This document shows positions 19,320 through 29,015 of a stretch of 64,000 bases of DNA, one piece after another. The DNA lies in NCBI GenBank assembly GCA_044440125.1, contig JBITAJ010000022.1, forward strand, positions 96,001-160,000. The letters run 5' to 3'. A program made the translations under genes and the position numbers. Within the stretch, counting starts at the first letter, position 1, and every line of letters starts with the position of its first letter. The notes under the pieces were generated by a model. That model did not search any database, was not told the DNA's origin, and worked only from the letters and a program-made list of their open reading frames with translations. Source of the stretch: Sedimentisphaeraceae bacterium JB056. Its GTDB lineage: Bacteria; Planctomycetota; Phycisphaerae; Sedimentisphaerales; Sedimentisphaeraceae.

Positions 19320-20276
19320 ATGCTTAAATACTCAAAAATTCTGACAGCAATCATAGTGATATCAACCTTTTCAGGGTTGACTTGTGCCCATACTATCATT
19401 GATGGATTTGACAAAGTTTTGATATATGAAAACACTTTCGACAACTTCGACCAGATTGACGACTGGGTAATGGAAGGACCGGGCAAGAAGTATCTGTCGG
19501 GCAACCAAATGATGCTCATCCCAGATGCCCAGCAGTATGTCTATAGAAAATGGGAACAGTGCGACCGTAAAATCCTTGACGCCAGAACTGAGTATTACGC
19601 TGCGGTTAGGGAGGGGCTTGCCGAGGTAAACCCTTCAATGATAGAAAAAGTTTCAAATGATAAAGGGCAAATAGTAGGCGGACACATCGTATGCTGGAAC
19701 AAAGCTTTCGAAACGGCTGACGACTACGTAATAGAGTATGACTTTAAACCAATGTCGCCGATAGGACTTGGAATCATCTTCTTCAGTGCCAAAGGCATTA
19801 ATGGCGAAGATGTGCTTTCTCCAAAACTAAAGCCTCGCAGCGGAGTATTCATGCAATACCTCAAGAGCGATCTTGACTCATACCATATCTCATACTGGGC
19901 AAATAATGCGGCGATTGGCAAACGCGGCACATGCAACCTGCGAAAAAATGCAGGCTTCTTCTGCCTTGCAAACGGTGATGACCCAAGCGTGAAAAATCTT
20001 GATTACTCCAACGAGACTTTTGACTTTGAAACTTATAAGGTAACTCTTATAAAACTCAAAAACAGAATTGTATTCGCGATAAATGATGAAATTGCTATCG
20101 ACTACACAGATAACAGATATAATGATATAATGGCTGAAGAAGGTGTCGACATCATTAAGGAAAAAAATGTGGATACCGGCAAGGTACATGGAGCCGGAAG
20201 AATTGGTCTTCGCCAAATGGTAGGACTTATCGGCCTCTACGACAACTTCAGGGCATACAACCTGATAGAAAAATAA
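19320..20276 (+). CDS. Secreted DUF1961/YesU-like protein
   Basis: Signal peptide; DWVMEG, YHISYW, CNLRKN, GRIGLRQM; start could also be 19302. Confidence 0.7.
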   Translation: MLKYSKILTAIIVISTFSGLTCAHTIIDGFDKVLIYENTFDNFDQIDDWVMEGPGKKYLSGNQMMLIPDAQQYVYRKWEQCDRKILDARTEYYAAVREGLAEVNPSMIEKVSNDKGQIVGGHIVCWNKAFETADDYVIEYDFKPMSPIGLGIIFFSAKGINGEDVLSPKLKPRSGVFMQYLKSDLDSYHISYWANNAAIGKRGTCNLRKNAGFFCLANGDDPSVKNLDYSNETFDFETYKVTLIKLKNRIVFAINDEIAIDYTDNRYNDIMAEEGVDIIKEKNVDTGKVHGAGRIGLRQMVGLIGLYDNFRAYNLIEK

Positions 20277-20334
20277 ACACAGATATTGTGAATTAAGCAG
20301 TGAGACTGTAATTATTAATTCTAAAATATCCAGA

Positions 20335-20748
20335 TTGGCTTTCCATAGTAAATGCATCTGTATTTCAACAGCATGCTCATTAATTGGAGCATTAGCCGCC
20401 TATTACATAATACAGGCTACCGAAATTTATTACGGAATTGCTTCGCGCGAAGCAATAATCGGCTTATCCGCTTACTTAACAAGTTTATCAGGTGTTCATC
20501 TCTTCTGTCATCTTGATAAGAACTGCAAAATACCCGCAAAAAGAGCTTTCGTAATATTTACGATAATGATCGCATGGGTTCCTGTGTCCGGAATAGCCTA
20601 CGGAACGGCTTGTTTTTTAATCGCAAAATTGACTGGCATAAATAATATTTGGATAGCCTTGACTGCTTATGTATTATTTTACATACCTGTCAATATCCTT
20701 GTAATATATGATTTATTTATATTCCGCAAGAATTTAATTGAAGAGTAA
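20335..20748 (+). CDS. Hypothetical membrane protein (about 4 TMs)
   Basis: Hydrophobic segments; fills the gap before a terminator; start uncertain. Confidence 0.55.
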   Translation: MAFHSKCICISTACSLIGALAAYYIIQATEIYYGIASREAIIGLSAYLTSLSGVHLFCHLDKNCKIPAKRAFVIFTIMIAWVPVSGIAYGTACFLIAKLTGINNIWIALTAYVLFYIPVNILVIYDLFIFRKNLIEE

Positions 20749-20777
20749 TCGTAAAGGAAGTTCGCTTTACACTATGT

Positions 20778-20822
20778 AACGCTCTCCTGCCGCTGCCTAT
20801 AATACAGCGGCAGGAGAGCGTT
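20778..20822. terminator. Long perfect hairpin between convergent genes
   Basis: AACGCTCTCCTGCCGCTG / CAGCGGCAGGAGAGCGTT, 18-bp perfect stem. Confidence 0.75.
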
Positions 20823-20840
20823 TGAAAAATGTTAAGGTGA

Positions 20841-21131
20841 TCAACGAGCGTATGTAAGACAGTCCGCATGATCTTGTTTATGACCGACAGAAATACAAGA
20901 AGCGGAACATTCCAATCTGTCATTGTGTCTACAATTGCTCATGTGGCATGCACCTACATGTCCACTTTGCGACGGATCCCCACCGTCACATTGCGATTCC
21001 TTCTCACTCCAGAATGTATCACACATAGCCCCTTTCTGGTCGCCTACTGTAATTGCAAGGGCATGACATTGGTGCTTTTTATTGTATGCACATTCCTCTA
21101 CATCACATGATCTAATATCCGGCATCTGCAT
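20841..21131 (-). CDS. DUF1540-type Cys-rich repeat protein
   Basis: Two CxxxxCxYN/HN...CxAxxIxVG....C repeats; AGGAG RBS. Confidence 0.8.
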   Translation of the reverse strand: MQMPDIRSCDVEECAYNKKHQCHALAITVGDQKGAMCDTFWSEKESQCDGGDPSQSGHVGACHMSNCRHNDRLECSASCISVGHKQDHADCLTYAR

Positions 21132-21311
21132 AATTAGTTCTCCTCTTTAAAAAGTAATTAAATATTCTTGACTGATTCTACACATCACAGCGTTTATATT
21201 CAATTGGCATATTACTGATTTTTGAGTAGTAAAAACCTAATAGAGGTAAGTAATATCGCGGTTGCCTGTTATTAAGATGTAGAACGTGCAAAGCCATGAA
21301 AATCAAAATTT

Positions 21312-22190
21312 TCATGCCTGAAGATGTTTGCTTCTGTATTTTTTTGGGCTGATGCCGTGGAATTTGGTGAAATTTCTTGAGAAATGGTATGGATCCTCAA
21401 ATCCTACAAGCATCGCTATATTCTTGACGGGCAAATCGGAATTGAGGAGCAGTTGGCCTGCCCTGTTCATCTTCAGCCGCATCACATACTCCTGAGGAGT
21501 TATTGAACCGTAATTCTTGAATAATCTTGCCATATATCGAATATTGACACAGCAATTATCAGCAACGTCAGAGATGGAGGTAATCTCAGAAAAACGCTGA
21601 TCGATATAACTGCGGCACCGGTGGTATGTCTTTTCCGACTCGCTATGCAGCCGCCCTTTCTTTACATCATTAGCTGCCTGCTCAAAAAGGAGGCTTTTGA
21701 GATAAGCACAGCACAATTCCTGACTGAACGGTGATTTCTCAAGACCTGTATCGATTATATTAGAAAACGCCTGGAGGCTGCGTTGCGGATCATAACTCAT
21801 CATTGAACCACGTTTTACAATATGGCACTTCTCAAAGATATCCTCAACACCACTGCCGGTTATAACAAGAAAAATATGCTCCAAAGGATCGCTACTGTCA
21901 ACACTGTATTTATGACGCATTCCTGGGGTAAAACCCGCTATCACGCCGCTTGTTATCTCATGTTCAACACCATCTATTTCTATGAAACCACGGCCCCTGA
22001 TGCCGTACTCGATTACATAATAAGGGTAGCTTTGTCTTTCAAGAAAGAAATCGCCCGCACAAAGTTCATGGCCGCCGCACACAATCGCAAATTCTGCTTG
22101 ATGCTCTGGACCTATGTCATAATAAAAATATTCGGCCTGACGGATATTGCCGGGCCGACCATGTGAATATTGAGACTTAATGTGTTCCAT
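21312..22190 (-). CDS. AraC-family transcriptional regulator
   Basis: Cupin-like N-terminus; C-terminal IAMLVGFEDPYHFSRNF. Confidence 0.92.
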   Translation of the reverse strand: MEHIKSQYSHGRPGNIRQAEYFYYDIGPEHQAEFAIVCGGHELCAGDFFLERQSYPYYVIEYGIRGRGFIEIDGVEHEITSGVIAGFTPGMRHKYSVDSSDPLEHIFLVITGSGVEDIFEKCHIVKRGSMMSYDPQRSLQAFSNIIDTGLEKSPFSQELCCAYLKSLLFEQAANDVKKGRLHSESEKTYHRCRSYIDQRFSEITSISDVADNCCVNIRYMARLFKNYGSITPQEYVMRLKMNRAGQLLLNSDLPVKNIAMLVGFEDPYHFSRNFTKFHGISPKKYRSKHLQA

Positions 22191-22235
22191 AAGTCGTTGA
22201 AATCAAATGTTTAGAGACAAAAAAGCGATGGAATT

Positions 22236-22784
22236 TCAAAAATCATATCTAACGCGATCTGATGATATATCACAGTTATGACAGATACCATCTATCAAAC
22301 TCTGAATACTCTTTCGCTGCTTAGCTGTAATCTTCTGATCACCAATAACACAAATACGAACATAACCGGGCATCTGCCAGTTACCTTCCTCCATACATGG
22401 ATACTGGTTGCTCCAACGGGCAGTAGGCTGTATAAGGCCGTCATTCTCAGTGCCTTCACCGCCAGTACCAAATCCGTTACAGATTACAAAATGATAATTA
22501 AGCAAATCGCTTGAAGACAAATCCTTTGCCAGTGTGAGAGTTGATATGTCGCCTGCCTCTGTACTGCTTTTCTCAAGGCTTACACCTCGCCATTTGAATG
22601 GAACCGCACTTGAAGAAATGCTTAGAACATCAAGTGAATAAGCAGAATTGACATAATAGCTGCTAAGACTGAACTGAGTCGAACTCCCTTTCTCAGTCTG
22701 CAACATACCCAACAGGCCGGTAGTCAACGTCATTGCAACTACCAGGACCATCCATACCCTAATTGTCCTGCGTGGGGTGTTCAC
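22236..22784 (-). CDS. Amidase_2-like (N-acetylmuramoyl-L-alanine amidase fold) exported protein, probably degenerate
   Basis: N-terminal TM; YHFVICNG...DGLIQPTARW..Q, ICVIGD, Q..S...LI; the usual HH motif is absent. Confidence 0.6.
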   Translation of the reverse strand: MNTPRRTIRVWMVLVVAMTLTTGLLGMLQTEKGSSTQFSLSSYYVNSAYSLDVLSISSSAVPFKWRGVSLEKSSTEAGDISTLTLAKDLSSSDLLNYHFVICNGFGTGGEGTENDGLIQPTARWSNQYPCMEEGNWQMPGYVRICVIGDQKITAKQRKSIQSLIDGICHNCDISSDRVRYDF

Positions 22785-23074
22785 AGTAACCTCCGTGACC
22801 GTAAAACTTTAATACTTTTCTTATTTATAACCGATGTATTGACGATACCACTAAATAAGCTTGAATTCAAGAGAAAAATTGTATTTTTTATACATTTTTG
22901 TAAAATTCAGTAATTTTTCCCAAATACTTTATTTTGCAACAGGTTAGTGTTGACCAAAGCAGATATTAAAATATAATGAATTCAAGAGCGTCAAAGAAAT
23001 AACTTGACACGTAAAATTAATAATATGGCTATAAATGCCTACTCATTTGATTATTAAATTTCACACTAAAGAAA

Positions 23075-23578
23075 ATGAAAAAAAAGCATGTAAAAGCAGT
23101 TTTTCCCGGTTCTTTTGACCCGATAACCAGCGGACACATTGATGTCATAAATCGCGGCATCAAGATGTTTGATGAACTTGTTATAGCCGTAGGTGAAAAC
23201 TCCGTCAAGACTCCTATTTTCAGCGGGCAGGAAAGAGTGGAGATGATTCAGGAGATATTCAAAGATAGAGACGATGTTTTAGTTGAGAAGTTCGAAGGCC
23301 TGACCGTTCAGTACGTAAAGGAAATAGGTGCAAACGTTATACTTCGAGGACTACGAAACCTGACAGATGTTCAATACGAGTTTCAGCTCGCAATGACCAA
23401 CCGCGCAGTCGCAGGCATTGAAACCGTTTTCATTATGACAAGCGAAGAGTTCGGCTTTGTGAGCTCGACTCTGATACGTGAGGTGGCATCGCTTGGCGGC
23501 GATGTTTCCAACCTGGTTCCGGAAAACGTTTACGCGAGACTAAAAACCAAACTCAAAGACCTCAAGATCGAAAACTGA
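23075..23578 (+). CDS. coaD: Phosphopantetheine adenylyltransferase
   Basis: FPGSFDPITSGH, RGLR, VSSTLIREVA. Confidence 0.96.
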   Translation: MKKKHVKAVFPGSFDPITSGHIDVINRGIKMFDELVIAVGENSVKTPIFSGQERVEMIQEIFKDRDDVLVEKFEGLTVQYVKEIGANVILRGLRNLTDVQYEFQLAMTNRAVAGIETVFIMTSEEFGFVSSTLIREVASLGGDVSNLVPENVYARLKTKLKDLKIEN

Positions 23579-23582
23579 TTCA

Positions 23583-23951
23583 ATGTACACCGTTATTCTG
23601 AAAGAAAACTTCAGGGCCTCTCATTACGTAAGAATGCCTGATGGTTCCATTGAGAAGCCCCATAATCACGACTGGAAACTGGAAGTTGCCGTAAGTACTG
23701 AGGAACTCGACAATAACGGGTTTGCAGTAGAATTCCTTTCACTCCAAGATACTATAAGGAACGTACTAAAGAAACTGGACAGCAGAGATCTTAACCAAAT
23801 CGATGATTTTAAACCGAACTTTCCTACCACGGAAATAGTATCTAAGTATGTATACGACAATATAAAAAAACACTTGCCTTTTGGGGTTGTTTTGGAGTAT
23901 ACTCTATTAGAAGAATCCAAGGGATGTTACATAAGATACACCGAACAGTAA
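23583..23951 (+). CDS. 6-pyruvoyl-tetrahydropterin synthase (PTPS/QueD) family protein
   Basis: F.ASH, EKPHNHDW, DLN, PTTE, E at the C-terminal strand. Confidence 0.8.
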   Translation: MYTVILKENFRASHYVRMPDGSIEKPHNHDWKLEVAVSTEELDNNGFAVEFLSLQDTIRNVLKKLDSRDLNQIDDFKPNFPTTEIVSKYVYDNIKKHLPFGVVLEYTLLEESKGCYIRYTEQ

Positions 23952-23966
23952 GCGGAGGTTTGTATC

Positions 23967-24479
23967 ATGATTTGCGAACGATGTAAAACCAATGTTGCTA
24001 CAATCCATATGACCGAAATAGTAAACGGTTCAAAAAAAGAAATCCATCTTTGCGAAGAATGCGTAGAGAAAGATTTTATACTTCCATATTTCAAAATGTC
24101 TTTTGCCGAGCTGTTCAAGAACATTACATCAAGTGACGCCTCTCAACCCGCAAAAGCCTTAGACTCCTTAAAAAGAAAGAAACGACAAGTCAAACTCAAA
24201 CGATGCTGGGCATGCGAATCAGAATATGCTGAATTCGACCTTTTCACTAATTTCGGCTGTGCTAATGACTACCAGTTGTTTTCAAAACAGATTGATGCTG
24301 TGCTTCGCAAATACAATAACGACAACTCAGTTCATACCGGTAAGCTTCCTTTGAGAAGCCTTGAAAAAACAAGAAGAGAAAACCGTTCAATGCTGCTCCA
24401 TATGCGAATAGAAAATGCCGTTAAGAGCGAAAATTATGAACTTGCCGCTAAAATGCGAGATAAACTCAAAAATCTTTAG
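23967..24479 (+). CDS. mcsA: McsA-like protein (CxxC motifs + UVR domain)
   Basis: CERC..ATIH, HLCEEC, CWAC, GCANDY, HTGK.P, ENYELAAKMRD. Confidence 0.85.
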   Translation: MICERCKTNVATIHMTEIVNGSKKEIHLCEECVEKDFILPYFKMSFAELFKNITSSDASQPAKALDSLKRKKRQVKLKRCWACESEYAEFDLFTNFGCANDYQLFSKQIDAVLRKYNNDNSVHTGKLPLRSLEKTRRENRSMLLHMRIENAVKSENYELAAKMRDKLKNL

Positions 24480-24518
24480 CAATTCATAGTTCAGATTTTG
24501 CAAATTCAAAGGATTAGA

Positions 24519-25556
24519 ATGGAACAACATCTTACGGATATACACAAACTTATACCTTTTCAAAATGACGGATCAGTAATCCAGTCGAGCACTATATCGT
24601 TATCAAGAAATCTTACCGGATACAAATTTGTCCCCAAGGCATCCAATACGGAACTGCAAGAGATTTTAGACGAAGTCTGCGATTGTATATCAGAAGAGCT
24701 TAATAATGACTACACTTTTAACGAGCCTGACTTCCAGGATCCGTTTCTTGGTGATCTACTCGTCGAAAACCAGACAACTTCAGTAAATTTTGAACAAAAG
24801 AATTGCCCCAGAGGTACATTGATATCTGATGGGACACAAACTGCGATCGTAATCAACGATTTGGATCATATAAAAATACAGACACGCCGCAATTTCCTGC
24901 AAACAAAAGAATGCTGGCTGGAAGCAGATGGAGTTGACGATCTTATCGAAAGCAAGGTGCATTACGCTTTCAGTCCACAATTCGGGTACCTCACTACCAG
25001 CCTTGAAAACGCCGGAACAGGTTTAAGAGTAAGCATAGCCATGCATCTTCCAGCTTTAGCAATGCACGGCAAAATCGGAGATCTTTATGATTTTGCCGAA
25101 GCCAAAGATCTCGACATAAGCGGCTGCCGTGGTGACTGCGACCCTGAGGGCGATCTCTTCTGTATAAGCAACAACATAACAATAGGCAAATCTGAAGAAG
25201 AAATAATCACATACGTCAATAAAATCGTTACCCGAATTGCACAATTCGAACTTCAAACAAGAAAGCTTCTGGTCTGCGAGCAGTACGACAATCTTTCAGA
25301 CTCAGTAAACAGAGCCCTTGGAACGCTGAAATATGCCCGTATGATAAACTATATTGAAGCAGCCAATCTTATAAGCAAAGTCAAGCTCGGAGCTATGACC
25401 GGCATACTAAAGGGTATTGAACCTGAGACAATCGAAAAATTACTGAAAATGATCAAGCCTGCACAGCTCAATTATGACAATTGCGAGGTTCTTGAGTACA
25501 ATAAGGAAGAGTCAATTAGAGCAGATATGATACGATCGGCACTAAGCTCATTTTAA
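24519..25556 (+). CDS. mcsB: McsB-like ATP:guanido phosphotransferase family protein with degenerate active site
   Basis: Follows mcsA; SS....RN, DH..IQ, YAF...GYLT...N.GTGLR.S...HLP, ISN..T.G.SEEEI, RA.G.L..A, RAD.IR; catalytic residues substituted. Confidence 0.8.
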   Translation: MEQHLTDIHKLIPFQNDGSVIQSSTISLSRNLTGYKFVPKASNTELQEILDEVCDCISEELNNDYTFNEPDFQDPFLGDLLVENQTTSVNFEQKNCPRGTLISDGTQTAIVINDLDHIKIQTRRNFLQTKECWLEADGVDDLIESKVHYAFSPQFGYLTTSLENAGTGLRVSIAMHLPALAMHGKIGDLYDFAEAKDLDISGCRGDCDPEGDLFCISNNITIGKSEEEIITYVNKIVTRIAQFELQTRKLLVCEQYDNLSDSVNRALGTLKYARMINYIEAANLISKVKLGAMTGILKGIEPETIEKLLKMIKPAQLNYDNCEVLEYNKEESIRADMIRSALSSF

Positions 25557-25589
25557 TATAACATCAGATTTACTTAACAGAGAGATTAA

Positions 25590-26846
25590 ATGCGAAAAAT
25601 AGCTTATTTTGATTGTCAATGCGGAGCTGCCGGTGACATGATACTCGCGTCAATGCTTGACGCCGGTCTTGACAAAGATGTACTTAGAAATGGAATCGAA
25701 AGCTTAAAGCTTGATGAGCTCAAAGAGATAAATATTGCTGAAGTTTCCAAAAACGGAATCAGAGCGATAAAAATGACTCCAGTAACAGATACTGCCCATC
25801 ACAAACATAGTCACGAACATAAACACAGCGGACATAAACACGAACACCATCACCACCATGACCATGATCATGGTCATCATAATTCGAATAAATCGCATCA
25901 TCACAGGAACCTGAAAAGCATAATTGAAATTATCAGCACCTGCGATATCAGTGACAACGCTAAAAAGAACGCTATAACAATATTCCAAAAAATCGCAGAA
26001 GTTGAAGGCAAAATACATGGCAAATCACCTGACGAAGTTCACTTTCACGAAGTAGGAGCAACCGACTCTATAGTCGATATAGTTGGGTGCTGTATAGGCT
26101 TTGATTATTTCAAATTTGACACGGTTTACTGCTCAATGATATCTCTCGGCGGCGGCAGTGTAAAATGTGCTCACGGCATAGTACCTGTACCGGCTCCAGC
26201 TACTGCAGAACTTATAAAGGGAATGCCCGTTAAAGATGGGCCAGTAGAGACAGAACTTCTGACGCCAACAGGTGCAGCAGTGCTGTCACACTTCGTAAAT
26301 AAGTTCGAGCAACTTCCTCCATCTAAAGTAATTTCCAACGGCTACGGCAGCGGCACAAAGGATTTTGAAGGAGTATCAAACATACTCAGGCTAAGAATCG
26401 CTGAACCTCTAAACGATTCACAAGACGACCAGATATGGCTGCTGGAAGCAAATATTGACGACAACACACCTGAAATGATAGGTATGGCCTGCGATTCATT
26501 GGTGAAAATCTCGCTTGATACATGGACAAGTCCCATCTATATGAAAAAGAATCGCCCTGCCGTCAAATTAAGCGTGCTTTGCACACAAGAGCAGATTGAA
26601 GCCGTGGAGGATATCATATTCTGTTCAGGACTTACACTTGGAATACGGAAAACGAAGGTAGAAAGAAGTGTACTTGAGAGAGAATTCAGCGAGAAAAAAA
26701 CTTCTTACGGAACACTGAAAATCAAGGCCGGCTTCTATAAAGGCAAAAAAGTCTTTGAAAAGGCCGAGCTTGAATCTTTAAGAGAGATAGCAGAAAGAAG
26801 CAATGCTTCCGTATCAGAGATATTGAATGAACTGGGCAAAAGTTAA
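25590..26846 (+). CDS. larC: Nickel-pincer cofactor nickel insertase
   Basis: GAAGDM, His-rich insert, VHFHEVGATDSIVDIVG, CAHG..PVPAPAT, TPTGAA, EANIDD, MKKNRP. Confidence 0.92.
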   Translation: MRKIAYFDCQCGAAGDMILASMLDAGLDKDVLRNGIESLKLDELKEINIAEVSKNGIRAIKMTPVTDTAHHKHSHEHKHSGHKHEHHHHHDHDHGHHNSNKSHHHRNLKSIIEIISTCDISDNAKKNAITIFQKIAEVEGKIHGKSPDEVHFHEVGATDSIVDIVGCCIGFDYFKFDTVYCSMISLGGGSVKCAHGIVPVPAPATAELIKGMPVKDGPVETELLTPTGAAVLSHFVNKFEQLPPSKVISNGYGSGTKDFEGVSNILRLRIAEPLNDSQDDQIWLLEANIDDNTPEMIGMACDSLVKISLDTWTSPIYMKKNRPAVKLSVLCTQEQIEAVEDIIFCSGLTLGIRKTKVERSVLEREFSEKKTSYGTLKIKAGFYKGKKVFEKAELESLREIAERSNASVSEILNELGKS

Positions 26847-26885
26847 TACTAATCCTTAACTTTTACAACAGTCTTTAAGATTAAA

Positions 26886-26912
26886 GTGAGGGTAGAAACA
26901 ATCTACCCTCAC
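26886..26912. terminator. Hairpin between convergent operons
   Basis: GTGAGGGTAGA / TCTACCCTCAC perfect 11-bp stem. Confidence 0.65.
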
Positions 26913-26957
26913 ACCCCAAAAAATGTGCTATATGTTACACATTCGAAAAGTCTTTAA

Positions 26958-28988
26958 TCAGGCCTTGTATATTCTACCTTCGCGGAAGTCTTCCCATGCG
27001 GGTTCAAATGCCTTGCGGTCCGTTGGAGCAGGCCTTACCGGTATTGTCTCACACTTGAACATATCTGCCGCAGAAGCATCATAGCTAACTTTGATGACAG
27101 TCTTACGGAGCTCTTCGTTCTCTGGCTTAAACTTAAGCGGAGTACCATCAGTATCAACGATATCCGGATGAATTTCCAGGCCATCGGCACTGATAACCAT
27201 ATGTGAACCACGCGAACCACTGCCCTGTGATATAAGCTCAACAATAGCTTTGAGGAACGCAGCACTTGCCAAGGAAAGATGCCTTACCTGAACAGCATCA
27301 ATAAGATCCTTAACACTCTCAACCTTAACACCGTTTTCTGTTATCTCTTTATAGAGCTTAACGGCATCTTTTGTCGCTTCAGTCGCATCAGAGAGTCTTC
27401 GTATATGACTTGCATATTTTGTCATACGGCTCTGAATTTCAGCGATATTGTCAGCGGCAGTTTTAGTTGAGCTTGATGCTTTGATCGCATCAATATTTTC
27501 GATAAGAGACTTAATCTGTCCCTCACCATCAATACTGCCTTCTGCCGGAACTTCGTTACAATAAGCATTAACAATAAATTCAGCAGACCGCTGAGCACCA
27601 ACCTGTCCGGCATTGAGAGCCGAACCGCCAGGACGCTTTACACCGTGCGAACCGGCCATCTCGCCGATTACAAACGTGTGCTTGATATTGCTTTCCCACC
27701 ATTTATTGATTCCGAAACCACCGTTAGAGTGCTGAGCACAAACGGCTATTTCAAGCGGCTCTTTGTAGAGATCGATATTATGTTCGGTGTAGATATCAAT
27801 TGCTGGCGGGTTCATGTGCTGGAGACGCTCAATAGGCAAGCTTTGAAGTGCTCCAGTTGCCTTGAGATAATCAAGTGCCTCATCCTCAAGATCTTCAATC
27901 TTGAACTCGTCCATAGACTCGTTACCAATTGGGTTCTTAAGGAAGTCCATGAATACACGTCTGCCCTTTTGTGTTTCGTTAAATACGATAACATCGATAA
28001 GCGACGACTGGAGATTCTCGATTCTCTGAGGGTCAAAAGGCCACTGGTAACCCTTGAGGAAAATATCGGTAGCCATCTTGCTCATTGAAGGGAAAAAGTC
28101 TGTAAGGAATTCCTTCTCATCATTACCATCGGCATCTGTACTGAAAATTCTCGGCACAACCTGCATGTATGTACCTGACACATTCCAGCGGAATTTTGTA
28201 CTGGCAAGACCAAACTGAAGCTCTGTAATATTCTCACCAGCCATACCTGCCTTAAGAGCAAGACCGTGAATACCTGTTTGACCAAGAGGATAAACACTTG
28301 TCTCATACAGTGCACCGGGGCCGCCTGCTGCCATTACAACATTCTCAAAATAGAAAACGTTTATCGCATAATTGTCAAGATCAGCATTCTTTCTGTCAAT
28401 AGTAACAACGCCGCGAATACGCTTATTCTCGCCTTCGCCTTCCGTAATGAATTCAGCAGCTTCCTGCCCATCATATATCTTCACGCCGTAACGACGAACG
28501 ATTTTCTCAAGACACTCACTCATGAACTTACTTGTCTTAGGGCCTGCAGATGTCGCACGCTCATATGGGTCGTGGTCGGTCTTGTAGCCAATGTAAACAC
28601 CCATGTTATCGTTAGGGAAAGGGACGCCCGCTTCTACGAGATTGTAGAAGCCGCGGAGTGAACCAATCGCTTCAGCGAGAGCAAGGTCACCATGACAGCA
28701 ACCGCCGGCAGTAAGACTCTTGGCGAATTCTTCTGCACTGTCGGCAATATCAGGGCTTGTACCCATCTTGTAATAAGTCTGTTTATCAGAGCCGCTCATA
28801 CGTGATGCTCCAAGCGGAAGACCGGCAGTTATTACTGCGATTCTATCCTCAGGATTCTCAATGCCTTTCTGAGACATATACTCATAAAGCTTCTTGGCAG
28901 AGTTCATACCCGCCCCGCCGGCTCCGATTACAACGGTGTTGTAATAATATTCATTAATTGTCTGATTTGCTATTTTTTTTGTAGCCAT
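26958..28988 (-). CDS. FAD-binding oxidoreductase, SdhA/FrdA/NadB superfamily (stand-alone)
   Basis: VIGAGGAG, MAAGG, QHSNGG, GE.AGSHGVKRPGGSALN, SRGSH. Confidence 0.8.
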   Translation of the reverse strand: MATKKIANQTINEYYYNTVVIGAGGAGMNSAKKLYEYMSQKGIENPEDRIAVITAGLPLGASRMSGSDKQTYYKMGTSPDIADSAEEFAKSLTAGGCCHGDLALAEAIGSLRGFYNLVEAGVPFPNDNMGVYIGYKTDHDPYERATSAGPKTSKFMSECLEKIVRRYGVKIYDGQEAAEFITEGEGENKRIRGVVTIDRKNADLDNYAINVFYFENVVMAAGGPGALYETSVYPLGQTGIHGLALKAGMAGENITELQFGLASTKFRWNVSGTYMQVVPRIFSTDADGNDEKEFLTDFFPSMSKMATDIFLKGYQWPFDPQRIENLQSSLIDVIVFNETQKGRRVFMDFLKNPIGNESMDEFKIEDLEDEALDYLKATGALQSLPIERLQHMNPPAIDIYTEHNIDLYKEPLEIAVCAQHSNGGFGINKWWESNIKHTFVIGEMAGSHGVKRPGGSALNAGQVGAQRSAEFIVNAYCNEVPAEGSIDGEGQIKSLIENIDAIKASSSTKTAADNIAEIQSRMTKYASHIRRLSDATEATKDAVKLYKEITENGVKVESVKDLIDAVQVRHLSLASAAFLKAIVELISQGSGSRGSHMVISADGLEIHPDIVDTDGTPLKFKPENEELRKTVIKVSYDASAADMFKCETIPVRPAPTDRKAFEPAWEDFREGRIYKA

Positions 28989-29015
28989 GTCTTTCCTTTT
29001 GGCATAAGCCTGTTC

